A program made the translations under genes and the position numbers. From Lentisphaeria bacterium (lineage in GTDB: Bacteria > Verrucomicrobiota > Lentisphaeria > Victivallales > UBA1829), in contig JAFXUM010000151.1 in assembly GCA_017524965.1 (NCBI GenBank), positions 1-40,075 of the forward strand: 40,075 nt of DNA, written 5' to 3'. Shown piece after piece: positions 24,198-34,292 of the stretch (position 1 is the first letter of the stretch; each line of letters begins with the position of its first letter). The notes below the pieces were generated by a model, which worked only from the letters and a program-made list of their open reading frames with translations, ran no database searches and was not told the origin of the DNA.

Positions 24198-26201
24198 ATG
24201 ACACTGTTCCGCTCCATGGCCATCCGCATGGCTCTCGTGTACATCCTGCTTATCTGCGGGTTCGGCTACGTCGCACGCGTACTCTACGACGTTCAGATCG
24301 CGCGTCACGGCGAACTCTTCGAAAAAGCGCAGCACACCTATACGACCCGGATCGAGACGCACGGCACGCGCGGCGAGATCTTCGACTTCGGCGGCTCGCT
24401 TCTCGTCGGGAACATCCCCACGATGGACATCGTCGGCGACCCGGCGAACATCTTCATCCTGAACGGCAAGGACAAGGACAAGACCGAAACGGAATGCCGC
24501 CTGATCGCGGACTTTTTCGAGAAATACTGCGAAAACGTCAGCTCCGACGAGGTCTTCCGCCGCCTCAGCCGCCGCACGTTCACGACCACGGACGCGAACG
24601 GCGAAAAGGTCGAACGCGACTGCCACTACGCCGTCATCGCGACGGGCGTCAAGTACGAGACCGCAAAGATGCTCAGGGATAAAGTGAAAGAGCTGTCCTT
24701 CCACGGCGTCTCCTTCACGAGCTCCTACCGCAGAAACTATCCGAAGGACACGATGCTGTCGAACATCCTCGGCCTCACGAACTTCTCCGCGGACAAGTTC
24801 GTCCCGGTCCAGGGCATCGAACGCTCCCTCAACGCCGCCATGACCGCCACCTCCGGCTCCATGGTCTACGAACGCGCCCGCAACGGACGGCCCGTGACCT
24901 TCACGAACAGCTCGAGCGAACCCACGCTCGACGGTTACGACATCTACCTCACCATCCGCGAGCCCCTGCAGGCCATCGTGGAGGAGGAACTCGACCATAT
25001 GTGCGAACGCGTGAAACCGCACGCCGCATGGGCGATCCTCGTCGATCCGAAGACCGGCGACGTCCTCGCCGCCGCACAGCGTCCCACGTTCAATCCGAAC
25101 GACCGCGCCACCATGACCCCGGAATCCTCCGCGAACCGCCTCTCCGAACTCGCGATCGAACCCGGCTCCATCATGAAGCCGTTCGTGGTCTCCTACGCGC
25201 TCGACCGGGGCTTCGTGACCCCGAACTCCATCGTCGACTGCGAACAGGGCGTCTGGAAGTACGCGGGCCGTCTCCTGCACGACACGCACAACGTCGGCAA
25301 GGTGTCCGTGACCGAAGTCATCAAGCAGTCCAGCAACATCGGAACGGCGAAGATCTCGGTCATGATGGGCGCGAAGAACCTCGACAACGCGCTTCGTTCC
25401 TTCGGTTTCGGACAGAAGACCGGGATCCAGCTCAAGCCCGAGACCTCCGGCATCTTCCGTCCCCTCGAAAAATGGGACTCCCTCTCCGTCTCGCGTTTCT
25501 GCATCGGACAGGGCATCGCGGTCTCCCCGCTCCAGCTCGCACGCGCCTACTGCATGATCGCGAACGGCGGCTACAAGGTCGATCTCCGCATCGTCGACCG
25601 CATCGAACGCGGCGACGACATCCGCGTCATGCCCGTGGTCAGGGAGACGAAGAGCATCTTCACGAATCCGACCACGAAAAAGATGATCACCGACATGATG
25701 ATCGGCGTCACCGAGGCCGGCGGCACCTGCACGGAAGCCGCCATCGAGGGCTTCCATGTGGCGGGCAAGACCGGAACCGCGCAGAAGGTCATCAACGGCG
25801 CCTACTCCAACCGCTACTACGCCTCCTTCGTCGGGTTCGTCCCCGCCGAGGATCCCAAGTTCGTCCTCCTCGTCACCTGCGACGATCCCACGGTCGGCAG
25901 CCGTTACGGTGGTTCCGCCTCCGGCCCGACCTTCAAGGCCATCGCCGAACGCGCGCTCAAATACATGTACGTCCAGCCGCAGATGTCCAGAGAGGAATGG
26001 CTCGCGGAACGTTCCGCCGCCCAGAAGGCCCTGCACGAACGCAAGGTCCGCGAGGACGCGCTCGTCCAGGCGAGACGCGAGGCGCGCGACCGTCAGCTGA
26101 AGGAACAGCAGGCGAAGGAATCCGCGAAGAAGACCGGGACCACCGTCGCAAGCCGCCGGACAACGTCCTCCCCCTCGAAATCCACCACGATACGACGCTG
26201 A
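24198..26201 (+). CDS. ftsI: Class B penicillin-binding protein / peptidoglycan D,D-transpeptidase FtsI, with ~80-aa charged C-terminal tail
   Basis: 667 aa. N-terminal TM. SxxK (GSIMKPF), SxN (QSSNIG) and KTG (GKTGTAQ) motifs. dcw context. Confidence 0.88.
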   Translation: MTLFRSMAIRMALVYILLICGFGYVARVLYDVQIARHGELFEKAQHTYTTRIETHGTRGEIFDFGGSLLVGNIPTMDIVGDPANIFILNGKDKDKTETECRLIADFFEKYCENVSSDEVFRRLSRRTFTTTDANGEKVERDCHYAVIATGVKYETAKMLRDKVKELSFHGVSFTSSYRRNYPKDTMLSNILGLTNFSADKFVPVQGIERSLNAAMTATSGSMVYERARNGRPVTFTNSSSEPTLDGYDIYLTIREPLQAIVEEELDHMCERVKPHAAWAILVDPKTGDVLAAAQRPTFNPNDRATMTPESSANRLSELAIEPGSIMKPFVVSYALDRGFVTPNSIVDCEQGVWKYAGRLLHDTHNVGKVSVTEVIKQSSNIGTAKISVMMGAKNLDNALRSFGFGQKTGIQLKPETSGIFRPLEKWDSLSVSRFCIGQGIAVSPLQLARAYCMIANGGYKVDLRIVDRIERGDDIRVMPVVRETKSIFTNPTTKKMITDMMIGVTEAGGTCTEAAIEGFHVAGKTGTAQKVINGAYSNRYYASFVGFVPAEDPKFVLLVTCDDPTVGSRYGGSASGPTFKAIAERALKYMYVQPQMSREEWLAERSAAQKALHERKVREDALVQARREARDRQLKEQQAKESAKKTGTTVASRRTTSSPSKSTTIRR

Positions 26202-26235
26202 TACCCTCAAAAAATCAATACAGACTTTCTCCTTG

Positions 26236-26278
26236 TACCCGCAAAAATGATTTCTCCCGTTTTTGCGGGTATTTTTTT
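26236..26278 (+). terminator. Strong Rho-independent terminator directly after ftsI
   Basis: 12-bp stem TACCCGCAAAAA (26236-26247) / TTTTTGCGGGTA (26260-26271) followed by T7. Confidence 0.85.
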
Positions 26279-26522
26279 CAAAGGACGCCTCCATCAACTG
26301 GAACGTTGGAGCGGATGATTGTTCAGCACGAGGACGAACAGGACGCGCAGGAAGAATCGAGCGAGGCGGCCTGAATGCGACCGCCGGAAATCTTCCTCAT
26401 CGGGATTTGTCCGAATGCGAAAAGCCGAAGTCAAAATTGACGGAAGCGCCTGCAAAACGCTTTATTTCCTGAAATGACCCCGTTTTTTTTCAAAAAAAAT
26501 CGCCGTTTTCGCTTTTTTCCGC

Positions 26523-26551
26523 TTGAAATAACCTCGTTCCGGCTTTATTAT
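26523..26551 (+). promoter_or_regulatory. sigma70-type promoter of hisF operon
   Basis: TTGAAA (26523-26528) - 17 nt - TATTAT (26546-26551). T8-C-A8 palindrome at 26483-26499 upstream. Confidence 0.55.
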
Positions 26552-26595
26552 ATAGTGGAAAACAAATAAACCGCAACTTTTCTTCAGGAGTTCCT

Positions 26596-27357
26596 ATGAA
26601 CAAAGTTCAAATCATGCCCTGCCTTGACATGCAGAACGGACGCGTCGTGAAGGGCGTCCATTTCATTGATATCGCCGACGCCGGCGACCCCGTCGCCTGC
26701 GCGGAAGCCTATTGCGCCGCCGGAGCCGACCAGCTCGCCCTGCTCGACATCAACGCCACGGTCGAAAACCGCGGCACGCTCCTCGACGTCGTCAAATCCG
26801 TCGCCGCGGCCGCCACCGTCCCGTTCACCGTGGGCGGCGGCATCAGCGACGAAAAGAGCGCGGAAGCCGTGCTTTCCGCGGGCGCCGACCGCATCTCCAT
26901 CAGCTCCGCGGCCTACAAGAACCGCAATCTCCTCGCCAGCCTGGTCAAAGAGTTCGGCGCCGACCGCATCACCGCGGCCATCGACGTCGACGCGAACAAG
27001 TCCATGCCGTCCGGCTACGAGGTCTACATCAACGGCGGACGCACCGCCACAGGCACCGACGCGCTCGAATTCGCCAAGTTCGTCGACGACACCGGAGTCG
27101 ACGTCATTCTCCCGACCAGCAAGGCCGGAGACGGCGCGCGCACCGGTTACGATCTCCCGCTTATCCGCACCCTCGCCCGGAACTGCCGGGCCGCCATCGT
27201 GGCCTCCGGCGGAGCCGGGACGATGGAGCATTTCTGCGAGGCAGCCGAGGCGGGCGCCTCCATCCTCCTCGCCGCTTCCGTCTTTCATTTCCACATGATC
27301 GACATCGGCGAGCTGAAAGCCTACCTCAAATCCAAAGGTCTCCAAGTAAACGCTTAA
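26596..27357 (+). CDS. hisF: Imidazole glycerol phosphate synthase cyclase subunit
   Basis: 253 aa. [32 protein letters not shown] and ASGGAG motifs. AGGAG RBS. Confidence 0.92.
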   Translation: MNKVQIMPCLDMQNGRVVKGVHFIDIADAGDPVACAEAYCAAGADQLALLDINATVENRGTLLDVVKSVAAAATVPFTVGGGISDEKSAEAVLSAGADRISISSAAYKNRNLLASLVKEFGADRITAAIDVDANKSMPSGYEVYINGGRTATGTDALEFAKFVDDTGVDVILPTSKAGDGARTGYDLPLIRTLARNCRAAIVASGGAGTMEHFCEAAEAGASILLAASVFHFHMIDIGELKAYLKSKGLQVNA

Positions 27358-27374
27358 CTTCGCGAGGTGTGACC

Positions 27375-29780
27375 ATGAACAAAACCAGAACTTTTACCGC
27401 AGTCTGCTGCGCGGCATTGCTCGCTCCCGCGCTCTACGCCCAGCGCCCCGAATACGCCGGACTCATCGCACAGGAAGCCAGAGGCAACGCAAACGCCGCA
27501 TTCCAGCTCTACGAACTCGCCCAGCGCGGACAGCTTTACTCCCGCAAGGATGAAAACGACCGCGCCGCACAGCGCTACCTCAACCGCGCCGCCGAGCTCG
27601 GCAGCATCTCCGCACGCTACGAATTCGCCCTCTCCCGTCTCTCCGGAATCGGTTCGCTCCGGTCCGGCCAGAAGACCGCGTTCGAGTATCTGCTTGAACT
27701 CGCCAAGCTTCAGCCCTCCAGAGAATTCACGCCCGAACAGTATTTCGAGGTTCACTCCCTCATCGGCGAATGCTACGAAAACGGCAAGGGCGTCCAGCCC
27801 AACCTCGACCTGGCGTTCCGCTACTATCTGTTCGCCTCCGTCCAGAACGAAAAAGCGCGCCTCGCCCTCGCTCGCATTTTCATGAAGGGCATCGACTCCA
27901 TCGGGCTGAAGGCCAACCCCGACGCCGCGATGTTCGAGTTCTTCGACGTCTTCACGAGAAACGAAAAGCGCATCCCCGAGATCATCGGCATGCTCCGCGC
28001 GGCGGGCAAGGTCAACGACTTCTCGAAATTCCTGGAGCGCAAGGCGCGCGCCGGCGACCCCGTGGCGGCCTACTTCCTGGCCAGCAACACCTTCTCCGGC
28101 AACATCTTCCCCAAGGAAGTCCAGAAATCCCTCGAGATCTATGAGCTCGCGGTCCGCTACGGCGACCTGAACGCCGCCATCGACCTCGGCGACATCTACA
28201 CGTTCGGGAAGAACTTCATCCCGGTCGACGAGGAAAAGGGCTTCGCCTACTACGACCTCGCGCTCGCGTCCGCCGACACGCGCGAGACCGCCGCGAAGCG
28301 CATGCTCCGCTACGTCGAGAAGAAAAACGATCCCTACGATCTCTTCAAGTTCAACATCCTCGCGAACGACCTCCGCAAGGCCAGGGACGTCATCCGCAGG
28401 AACGTCCAGATGAGCTGGTCCGCCGAGGACATTTACCTGAAGGCGAAGGAATTCAAGGACGGCCGGGTGCGCATGAAACAGTTCGACAAGCGTGCGCAGG
28501 CCGACTATTTCGAACGTCTCCACATGGCGTCCAACGCCGGCTACTTCCTCGCAGTCGAGGATTATTTCCGCGAGGCGGGCAGCCGCGAATACGCCCGCAT
28601 GATCTGGGCGCTCGAACTTGATCCGCATCCCGAAGATCCCGACTGGCTCTACACGCTCTCCGTCTGCTACCGTTCCGGCGGCACGGACAACAAGAGCCGC
28701 GACTTCAAGAAATCCCTTGAATACATGATCAAGGCCGCCGACAAGGGCCATGTGACCGCCATGGACCTGCTGGTCAAGCTCTACACCCGCGGCGGCGCGC
28801 GCTACGGCGTGCCCGAACCCGTGCCCGAACTCGCCCAGAAGTACACCGACCTGCTCGTCCAGCACGACTACAAGCTCAAATATCCGGGCTATTTCAACGC
28901 CTACCTCGAAGAACTCGAAAAGGTCGAGGGCGAGGAATACGACCCCACCAGCCTGGATCCGGCATTCCGCTCCATCCAGACCAGCCCCCTCGCCGCCATG
29001 GCACTTTCCAAGATATTCATGAAGGGCAACGAGGACTTCAAGGTCGAAAAGGATGAAATGCTCGCGCTGGTCATGCTCCACGAAGCGGCGGCGAACGGGT
29101 ACGAACCCGCCGTCCGCGAGCTCACCGACATCTGCAGGACCGGCATCTCCGACGTCATCGCAGCAAACGACGATTTCAGGAAAAAATACGAATCCCTGCT
29201 GACCTACGTCCCGAGGTATATCCAGAACGAGGACGGCTCCGCCGCCACCTCGACCGCCAAGCCGGTCGAGGATACCGCCGACCGCAATCAGCCCAGGATC
29301 CCGACTATCCGGCCCACGGTCCCGCGCCGCGGCTGGAGACCCGGCATGATCCCCGGAATGGGCGGCGGCATGATGGGTCCCGGCATGGGATCCGGCATGG
29401 GCCCCATGATCCCCGGCACCGTCCCCGGCACCGTCCCCGGCACTGTTCCCAGGACCACCATCCCCGGCACCGTTCCCGGAACCGTTCCCAGGACCACCAT
29501 CCCCGGCACCGTTCCCGGAACCGTTCCCAGGACCATCCCCGGAACCATCCCCGGACCGCTTCCCGGAACCATCCCCGGACCTCTTCCCGGAACCGTTCCC
29601 GGCGGAATGGGCGGCATGCCCCCCGCCCCCGGAATGGGCGCCAGACCCGGAGCCGTCCCCGGACAGAATCCGGTTGCGGGCTCCGACGCGAAAAAGGCGG
29701 AACAGAAGGCCGACGAAAAACCGGCGGACAAACCGGCGGACGAACCGGCGGACGAACCGGCGGACGAAGACACTCTCTAA
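27375..29780 (+). CDS. Secreted Sel1-like repeat (SLR/TPR-like) protein with Pro/Gly-rich tandem-repeat and acidic C-terminus
   Basis: Start at [23 protein letters not shown] (ATG 27375). This is the tail of spurious ORF 26712..29780. Repeated GxGVxxNxxxAxxYYxxAA-type Sel1 units. Confidence 0.8.
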   Translation: MNKTRTFTAVCCAALLAPALYAQRPEYAGLIAQEARGNANAAFQLYELAQRGQLYSRKDENDRAAQRYLNRAAELGSISARYEFALSRLSGIGSLRSGQKTAFEYLLELAKLQPSREFTPEQYFEVHSLIGECYENGKGVQPNLDLAFRYYLFASVQNEKARLALARIFMKGIDSIGLKANPDAAMFEFFDVFTRNEKRIPEIIGMLRAAGKVNDFSKFLERKARAGDPVAAYFLASNTFSGNIFPKEVQKSLEIYELAVRYGDLNAAIDLGDIYTFGKNFIPVDEEKGFAYYDLALASADTRETAAKRMLRYVEKKNDPYDLFKFNILANDLRKARDVIRRNVQMSWSAEDIYLKAKEFKDGRVRMKQFDKRAQADYFERLHMASNAGYFLAVEDYFREAGSREYARMIWALELDPHPEDPDWLYTLSVCYRSGGTDNKSRDFKKSLEYMIKAADKGHVTAMDLLVKLYTRGGARYGVPEPVPELAQKYTDLLVQHDYKLKYPGYFNAYLEELEKVEGEEYDPTSLDPAFRSIQTSPLAAMALSKIFMKGNEDFKVEKDEMLALVMLHEAAANGYEPAVRELTDICRTGISDVIAANDDFRKKYESLLTYVPRYIQNEDGSAATSTAKPVEDTADRNQPRIPTIRPTVPRRGWRPGMIPGMGGGMMGPGMGSGMGPMIPGTVPGTVPGTVPRTTIPGTVPGTVPRTTIPGTVPGTVPRTIPGTIPGPLPGTIPGPLPGTVPGGMGGMPPAPGMGARPGAVPGQNPVAGSDAKKAEQKADEKPADKPADEPADEPADEDTL
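29409..29603 (+). repeat. In-frame tandem repeats (39-bp unit and shorter derivatives) encoding ([13 protein letters not shown])n / IPGPLPGT
   Basis: ATCCCCGGCACCGTTCCCGGAACCGTTCCCAGGACCACC repeated head-to-tail from ~29459. Further 4 x 12-bp (A/G)AACCGGCGGAC repeats at 29718-29765. Confidence 0.8.
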
Positions 29781-29801
29781 CGCAGGAGGCGTGAAACTCG
29801 C

Positions 29802-31025
29802 ATGAAAAAGTTACAGTTCATCCTGACGGCGGCGGTCCTTCTCGCCGCCGCCCTTCCCGTCTTCGCGCAGAGCGCCGCTTCCGGCGGCATCGTGGTCACG
29901 GCCGAGGCGAAAAATGCCAATCCGACGCTCGTTTTCACGGGCGGCCTGTCCGACCAGGCGCTGAACGCGAAGATCCAGTCCGATTTCGAGTACTGCGGCT
30001 GGTTCACCGTGCTGAAATCCGGCAAGGCGGCCTATCATGTCTCGGCAAAAGGCTCCCTGCAGGATTTCACGGTCACGATCTCGAACAGCGCGGGCGTCGC
30101 GATGAACTCGTTCCGCATCACGGACAGCAGGGAAGTCGACGCGGCCGCGCACACGGCGGTCGACACGGTCCTGAACAAGATCTTCGGCATCCAGGGCATC
30201 TGCCGCTCGAAGATCGTTTTCTCCGCCGCCACCAGCGCGAAAAACCGCGAGATCTTCATCTGCGACTTCGACGGAAAGAACATCAAACAGCTCACGAACC
30301 ACAACACGCTCTGCGTCGAGCCCGTCTGGGCCCCCGATGGAAAGAGCTTCGTCTTCAGCTTCTACGGCCCCAGCTACACGAACCTCGTGCAGTACAACAT
30401 GGAGACCGGGCTTTCCCGCAGGCTCACCCAGTACGGCGGCATCAACGCCGGCGGCTCGCTCTCGCCCGACGGAAAGACCCTCGCCATGATCCTTTCCCGC
30501 AGCAACCAGGTCGATCTCTACACGCGTCCGACGGAAAGCGGCGTCACGCCGAAACGTCTCACCAGCGGAAAAGCCGTCGAGGCGAGCCCGCGCTGGAGCC
30601 CGGACGGCAAAAAGCTCTGCTTCGTCTCCGACGCGAAGAACGGACGCCCCGTGCTCTGCGTGATCGACCCCTTCGCGGGCGGAAAGGCCGTTGAAATCTC
30701 CGGCCTCGTCGGCAGCGAACGCGTCGCGCCGTCCTGGTCCTCCGACAACAAGATCGCCTACTGCGCGAAGATCAACCGCAATTACGAGCTCCGCGTGGCG
30801 AAACTCAGCGCGGACGGCAAGTCCGGCGTCATGGAGGAGGTCGGCGTCGCGGGAAACAACACGTTCCCCGGCGAAGACCCGTCCTGGGCCCCCGACAACC
30901 GCCACGTCAGCATGACCGTGAACGGCGCGATCTACGTGATCGACACCCGCCTCGGCGCGAAACGCAAGCTCGTCTCCGGTTCGGGCAAGGTCGGCCAGTC
31001 CAACTGGTCGCCCATCCTGAAGTGA
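29802..31025 (+). CDS. tolB: TolB-like periplasmic beta-propeller protein
   Basis: 407 aa with signal peptide. N-terminal TolB-like domain, then repeated PD40 blades (WAPDGKSF, LSPDGKTL, WSPDGKKL, WSSDNKIA, WAPDNRHV). Confidence 0.75.
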   Translation: MKKLQFILTAAVLLAAALPVFAQSAASGGIVVTAEAKNANPTLVFTGGLSDQALNAKIQSDFEYCGWFTVLKSGKAAYHVSAKGSLQDFTVTISNSAGVAMNSFRITDSREVDAAAHTAVDTVLNKIFGIQGICRSKIVFSAATSAKNREIFICDFDGKNIKQLTNHNTLCVEPVWAPDGKSFVFSFYGPSYTNLVQYNMETGLSRRLTQYGGINAGGSLSPDGKTLAMILSRSNQVDLYTRPTESGVTPKRLTSGKAVEASPRWSPDGKKLCFVSDAKNGRPVLCVIDPFAGGKAVEISGLVGSERVAPSWSSDNKIAYCAKINRNYELRVAKLSADGKSGVMEEVGVAGNNTFPGEDPSWAPDNRHVSMTVNGAIYVIDTRLGAKRKLVSGSGKVGQSNWSPILK

Positions 31026-31068
31026 CCCCGGAAAGGTTTTTCCTGTCGAAGGCATCCGTTTTTCCTTT

Positions 31069-32352
31069 ATGACGAACCGTCAATTTCTCGACTGGCTGGC
31101 CGGGCTTGAATTCTTCGGCATCAAGCTCGGCCTCGACCAGACGCGCGCGCTCTTCCGCGCCGCAGGATCGCCCGAACGCGACCTGAAGTTCATCCACGTG
31201 GCGGGCAGCAACGGCAAAGGCTCCGTCTGCGCCATGATCGAATCCGGGCTCCGCGCCGCCGGATTCCGCACCGGATTCTACTCCTCGCCGCACCTCGTTT
31301 CCCCGTGCGAACGATTCCGCATCGACGGCCGTCCGGTCACGGAGGACGCCCTCTGCGCCGTTCGGGACGTCGTCCTGCCCGCCGTCGCGAAGCTGGAGCA
31401 GGACGGCATGAAACCGACCTATTTCGAGGTCACGACGCTCATCGCCGCGCTGCTTTTCGCGCGCGCGCACTGCGACTATGTGGTGTGGGAGGTCGGCATG
31501 GGCGGACGCCTGGATGCCACCAATATCGTCACGCCGCTCGTTTCCGTCGTCACCGGCATCTCCATGGAGCACACGCAGTACCTCGGCGACACGCTTCAGA
31601 AGATCGCGGGCGAAAAAGCCGGCATCGTCAAGCCCGGCGTCCCCGTGTACTGTTCCTCCGGCACCCCGATCCCAGCCCGCAACGTGATCGGATTCCGCGC
31701 CGCCGAGCTCAACGCGCCGTTCCGCATCCCCCCGGAACCTTCCGCGCCCGACTGCGTGCGCCTGCTCGACGGCGGCCGCACCGTGGAACAGCGTTTCACG
31801 TTCGACGACGTCCCGCTCACGCTCAGGCTCGCGGGCCCGCACCAGCGCAGAAACGCCGCGCTCGCGTTCTCCGTCCTGCGCTATCTCGCCGACCTCGGCG
31901 GCTTCGATTTCGCGGCGGCGATCGACGGTCTCCGGCATACGGCGTGGCAGGGGCGCTTCGACCTGTATCCCGAGTTCGGGCTCGTGCTGGACGGCGCGCA
32001 CAATCCCGAGGGCATCGGCGTGCTCGCGGAAACCCTCCGCGAAGTTTTCCCCGGGCAAAGATTCCGCTTCATCTTCGGCGCGTTCTCCGACAAGGACACG
32101 GTCGACAGTCTCCGCGTGCTCGCTCCCCTCGCGACAGAATTCGTCTTCGTGCAGCCGGAATCCGCACGCCCCAGCAAGTCCGCCGCCGAGCTCGAATCCG
32201 AACTTGCGCGCATTGCGCCCGGCATCCCCGCGTCCGACTCCGCACTGGACCGCGCGCTCGAATCGCTTGATCCGGCGCGTCCCACCGTCCTCTGCGGCTC
32301 GCTGCATCTCTGCGGCGACGTCCTCGCGCGTCTGGGCGTCAAAGTCCGCTGA
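31069..32352 (+). CDS. folC: Folylpolyglutamate synthase / dihydrofolate synthase
   Basis: 427 aa. Mur-ligase P-loop HVAGSNGKGS, GMGGRLDATN, and DGAHNPEG in the C-domain. Confidence 0.88.
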   Translation: MTNRQFLDWLAGLEFFGIKLGLDQTRALFRAAGSPERDLKFIHVAGSNGKGSVCAMIESGLRAAGFRTGFYSSPHLVSPCERFRIDGRPVTEDALCAVRDVVLPAVAKLEQDGMKPTYFEVTTLIAALLFARAHCDYVVWEVGMGGRLDATNIVTPLVSVVTGISMEHTQYLGDTLQKIAGEKAGIVKPGVPVYCSSGTPIPARNVIGFRAAELNAPFRIPPEPSAPDCVRLLDGGRTVEQRFTFDDVPLTLRLAGPHQRRNAALAFSVLRYLADLGGFDFAAAIDGLRHTAWQGRFDLYPEFGLVLDGAHNPEGIGVLAETLREVFPGQRFRFIFGAFSDKDTVDSLRVLAPLATEFVFVQPESARPSKSAAELESELARIAPGIPASDSALDRALESLDPARPTVLCGSLHLCGDVLARLGVKVR

Positions 32353-32513
32353 CGTACGGAAAAAACAGGGGAACAGCCGTTCCGCCCGAGGCATTTTCCC
32401 GCCTGAAACAAGCTCAAAGAAAAAGCGTTGAAAATTCTGAAACAATAAGAGATTTCCCGTTCAAAACGACTGAACCGCAAAAACATTTTTTCCGGAAAAA
32501 ACTTTCATTTTTC

Positions 32514-32541
32514 TTGCTTTTTCAGATTTCCGGTGTATATT
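32514..32541 (+). promoter_or_regulatory. sigma70-type promoter for the 71-aa gene and rsmI
   Basis: TTGCTT (32514-32519) - 16 nt (ending TG) - TATATT (32536-32541). T6-CCGG-A6 palindrome at 32486-32501 upstream. Confidence 0.55.
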
Positions 32542-32579
32542 ATTTACTCCGTTTTGTTAAAAACCAAGAGGTAAGCCTA

Positions 32580-32795
32580 ATGTCTTCTTCATCCATTGCC
32601 GAAAAAAATTTGGCGAGACTCGCGAAAACAAGCCTCGCACAAGATTTCGTCACCCGTCACAATGGCGAATGGAACCACACGGACTGGCTCGAATTCTGCG
32701 CCTTCCTTGAGGAAAACGGCTACACGCCCATCGACCTCGACCGCGTCGGTCTCCTCCTCGAACAGAAAAAATCCGAATTTTTCGAGCACCGCTGA
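32580..32795 (+). CDS. Small hypothetical protein (71 aa)
   Basis: ATG 32580 preceded by AAGAGG. The longer ORF-track start 32514 lies inside the promoter. Hydrophilic, W/E-rich sequence. Confidence 0.5.
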   Translation: MSSSSIAEKNLARLAKTSLAQDFVTRHNGEWNHTDWLEFCAFLEENGYTPIDLDRVGLLLEQKKSEFFEHR

Positions 32796-32816
32796 GCCGC
32801 GGCGCCAGCCTTTCCC

Positions 32817-33572
32817 ATGGCCGACAGTCCCGCCTCCGGCACGCTCTACATCGTCGCCACGCCCATCGGCAATCTCGAAGACATCACTCTGCGTGCGCTC
32901 CGCGTCCTGAAAGAAGCCGATCTCATCCTCGCCGAAGACACGCGCCGCACGGCCATCCTGCTCCAGCATTTCGACATCAGAAAGCCGCTGGAATCCTACC
33001 ACATCTTCAACGAGCACGCGCGGACGCCCGCCCTCATCCGGCGCATTCAGAACGGCCTGACCGCCGCGCTCGTGAGCGACGCCGGCACCCCGTGCATCGC
33101 CGACCCCGGATTCATGCTCATCCGCGCCGCCGTCGAAGCGGGCATCGAACCGGTCATCATCCCCGGCGTCTCCGCCCTGACCTTCGCGGTCTCCGCGAGC
33201 GCCCTCCCCTCCGACCACTTCACGTTCCACGGCTTCGTCCCCGTCAAGAGCGGACGCCGCCGCGCCGAACTCGAACGCATCGCCGCCGACAAACGCACCG
33301 CGGTCGTCTTCGAATCGCCGTTCCGCATCGCCAAGCTCCTCGCCGAGGTCAGCGAGATCGTCGGCCCGGACACCCCGCTCGCGCTCGTCCGCGAGGCGAC
33401 CAAGATCCACGAACAGATCCTCCGCGGCCCGGCGGCGCAGCTCGCCGAACAGGCGAAGAAAGTCAAATGGAAAGGCGAGTGTGTGCTCGTGATCGACGCC
33501 CGCGACGCCTCGGACCGCGCGAACGACGCCGCCCGCGAAGTTTCCCCCGCCGACGACGGCGCGGAAGACTGA
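32817..33572 (+). CDS. rsmI: 16S rRNA (cytidine1402-2'-O)-methyltransferase
   Basis: 251 aa. LYIVATPIGNLEDITLRALRVL and LAEDTR motifs of the tetrapyrrole-methylase-fold RsmI family. Confidence 0.88.
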   Translation: MADSPASGTLYIVATPIGNLEDITLRALRVLKEADLILAEDTRRTAILLQHFDIRKPLESYHIFNEHARTPALIRRIQNGLTAALVSDAGTPCIADPGFMLIRAAVEAGIEPVIIPGVSALTFAVSASALPSDHFTFHGFVPVKSGRRRAELERIAADKRTAVVFESPFRIAKLLAEVSEIVGPDTPLALVREATKIHEQILRGPAAQLAEQAKKVKWKGECVLVIDARDASDRANDAAREVSPADDGAED

Positions 33573-33745
33573 TTTTCTCCTCGGTTTCTCCTCACACTTC
33601 CCCATCCTTCCCCGTGTCCGTGCGAAGCCCGACACTGCCGCCGTGGAGGGCTTGCCTTCCCCCCTCGGCTTTCCCTCACATTTCCCGAAACGGTCATTTT
33701 TCGTCTTTTTTTCACGCTTTTTGAGTGATTTCCGCTGATTTATGT

Positions 33746-33773
33746 TTGACTTTAAACAGTTTTCATGTATATT
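33746..33773 (+). promoter_or_regulatory. sigma70-type promoter of the lipoprotein-secretin-secretin-marR operon
   Basis: TTGACT (33746-33751) - 16 nt (ending TG) - TATATT (33768-33773). Confidence 0.6.
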
Positions 33774-33830
33774 ATCTTTGCGACAAAACTATTTTTCACA
33801 AAAGACACTTTCCAGAAAAGAGACCACTTC

Positions 33831-34292
33831 ATGAAAAACGCCTCCCGTTTCTCCGCTCTCGCAGCCGTCCTCCTCGCGGGCGCAGTCTCCGCGTGCACGA
33901 CCATCCGTGAACTTCCGCCCGACCCCGCCGACGCCGAGATGAGCGTCGAGCAGACGGAGGAACGCGAATACTCCCGCAAGCTGCTGGAAGCCTTCCTGAA
34001 GAACGACGCGTCCGGGTTCATCGACCTGCTCTCGCCCGAGATGAAGGAGGAGTTCGGCAAGGACAAGTTCGAGCTTTCGCGCAAGGTCATCACTGAAACG
34101 CTCGGCAAGCCGGTCTCGTTCAGCTACGTCACCGCGCTCGAACACATCGCGATCACCCCGTACATCTGGAAAGTCCGTTTCGTGCTCAAGAACAAAGAGG
34201 ACAAGGAATACTACAGCGAAGCGCTGTTCCGCGTCCTAGCCGGACACGACACGCAGGGCAACGTGATCATCGTCGGCTTCAATTTCCTTTGA
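33831..34292 (+). CDS. Small lipoprotein, function unknown (153 aa)
   Basis: Start at MKNASRFSALAAVLLAGAVSAC (lipobox VSAC). The ORF-track start 33765 falls within the promoter -10. Confidence 0.7.
   Translation: MKNASRFSALAAVLLAGAVSACTTIRELPPDPADAEMSVEQTEEREYSRKLLEAFLKNDASGFIDLLSPEMKEEFGKDKFELSRKVITETLGKPVSFSYVTALEHIAITPYIWKVRFVLKNKEDKEYYSEALFRVLAGHDTQGNVIIVGFNFL

Noticed and set aside
26315-26374. 19-codon acidic micro-ORF (MIVQHEDEQDAQEESSEAA) after the ftsI terminator
   Set aside because: It has only a weak, badly spaced GGAG. There is no promoter between the terminator and the ORF. It is indistinguishable from chance in GC-rich DNA.
29802-31025. A complete Tol-Pal cluster around tolB
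   Set aside because: Only the TolB-like propeller is present. Its neighbours are a Sel1-repeat protein and folC, with no tolQ, tolR, tolA, pal or cpoB adjacent.
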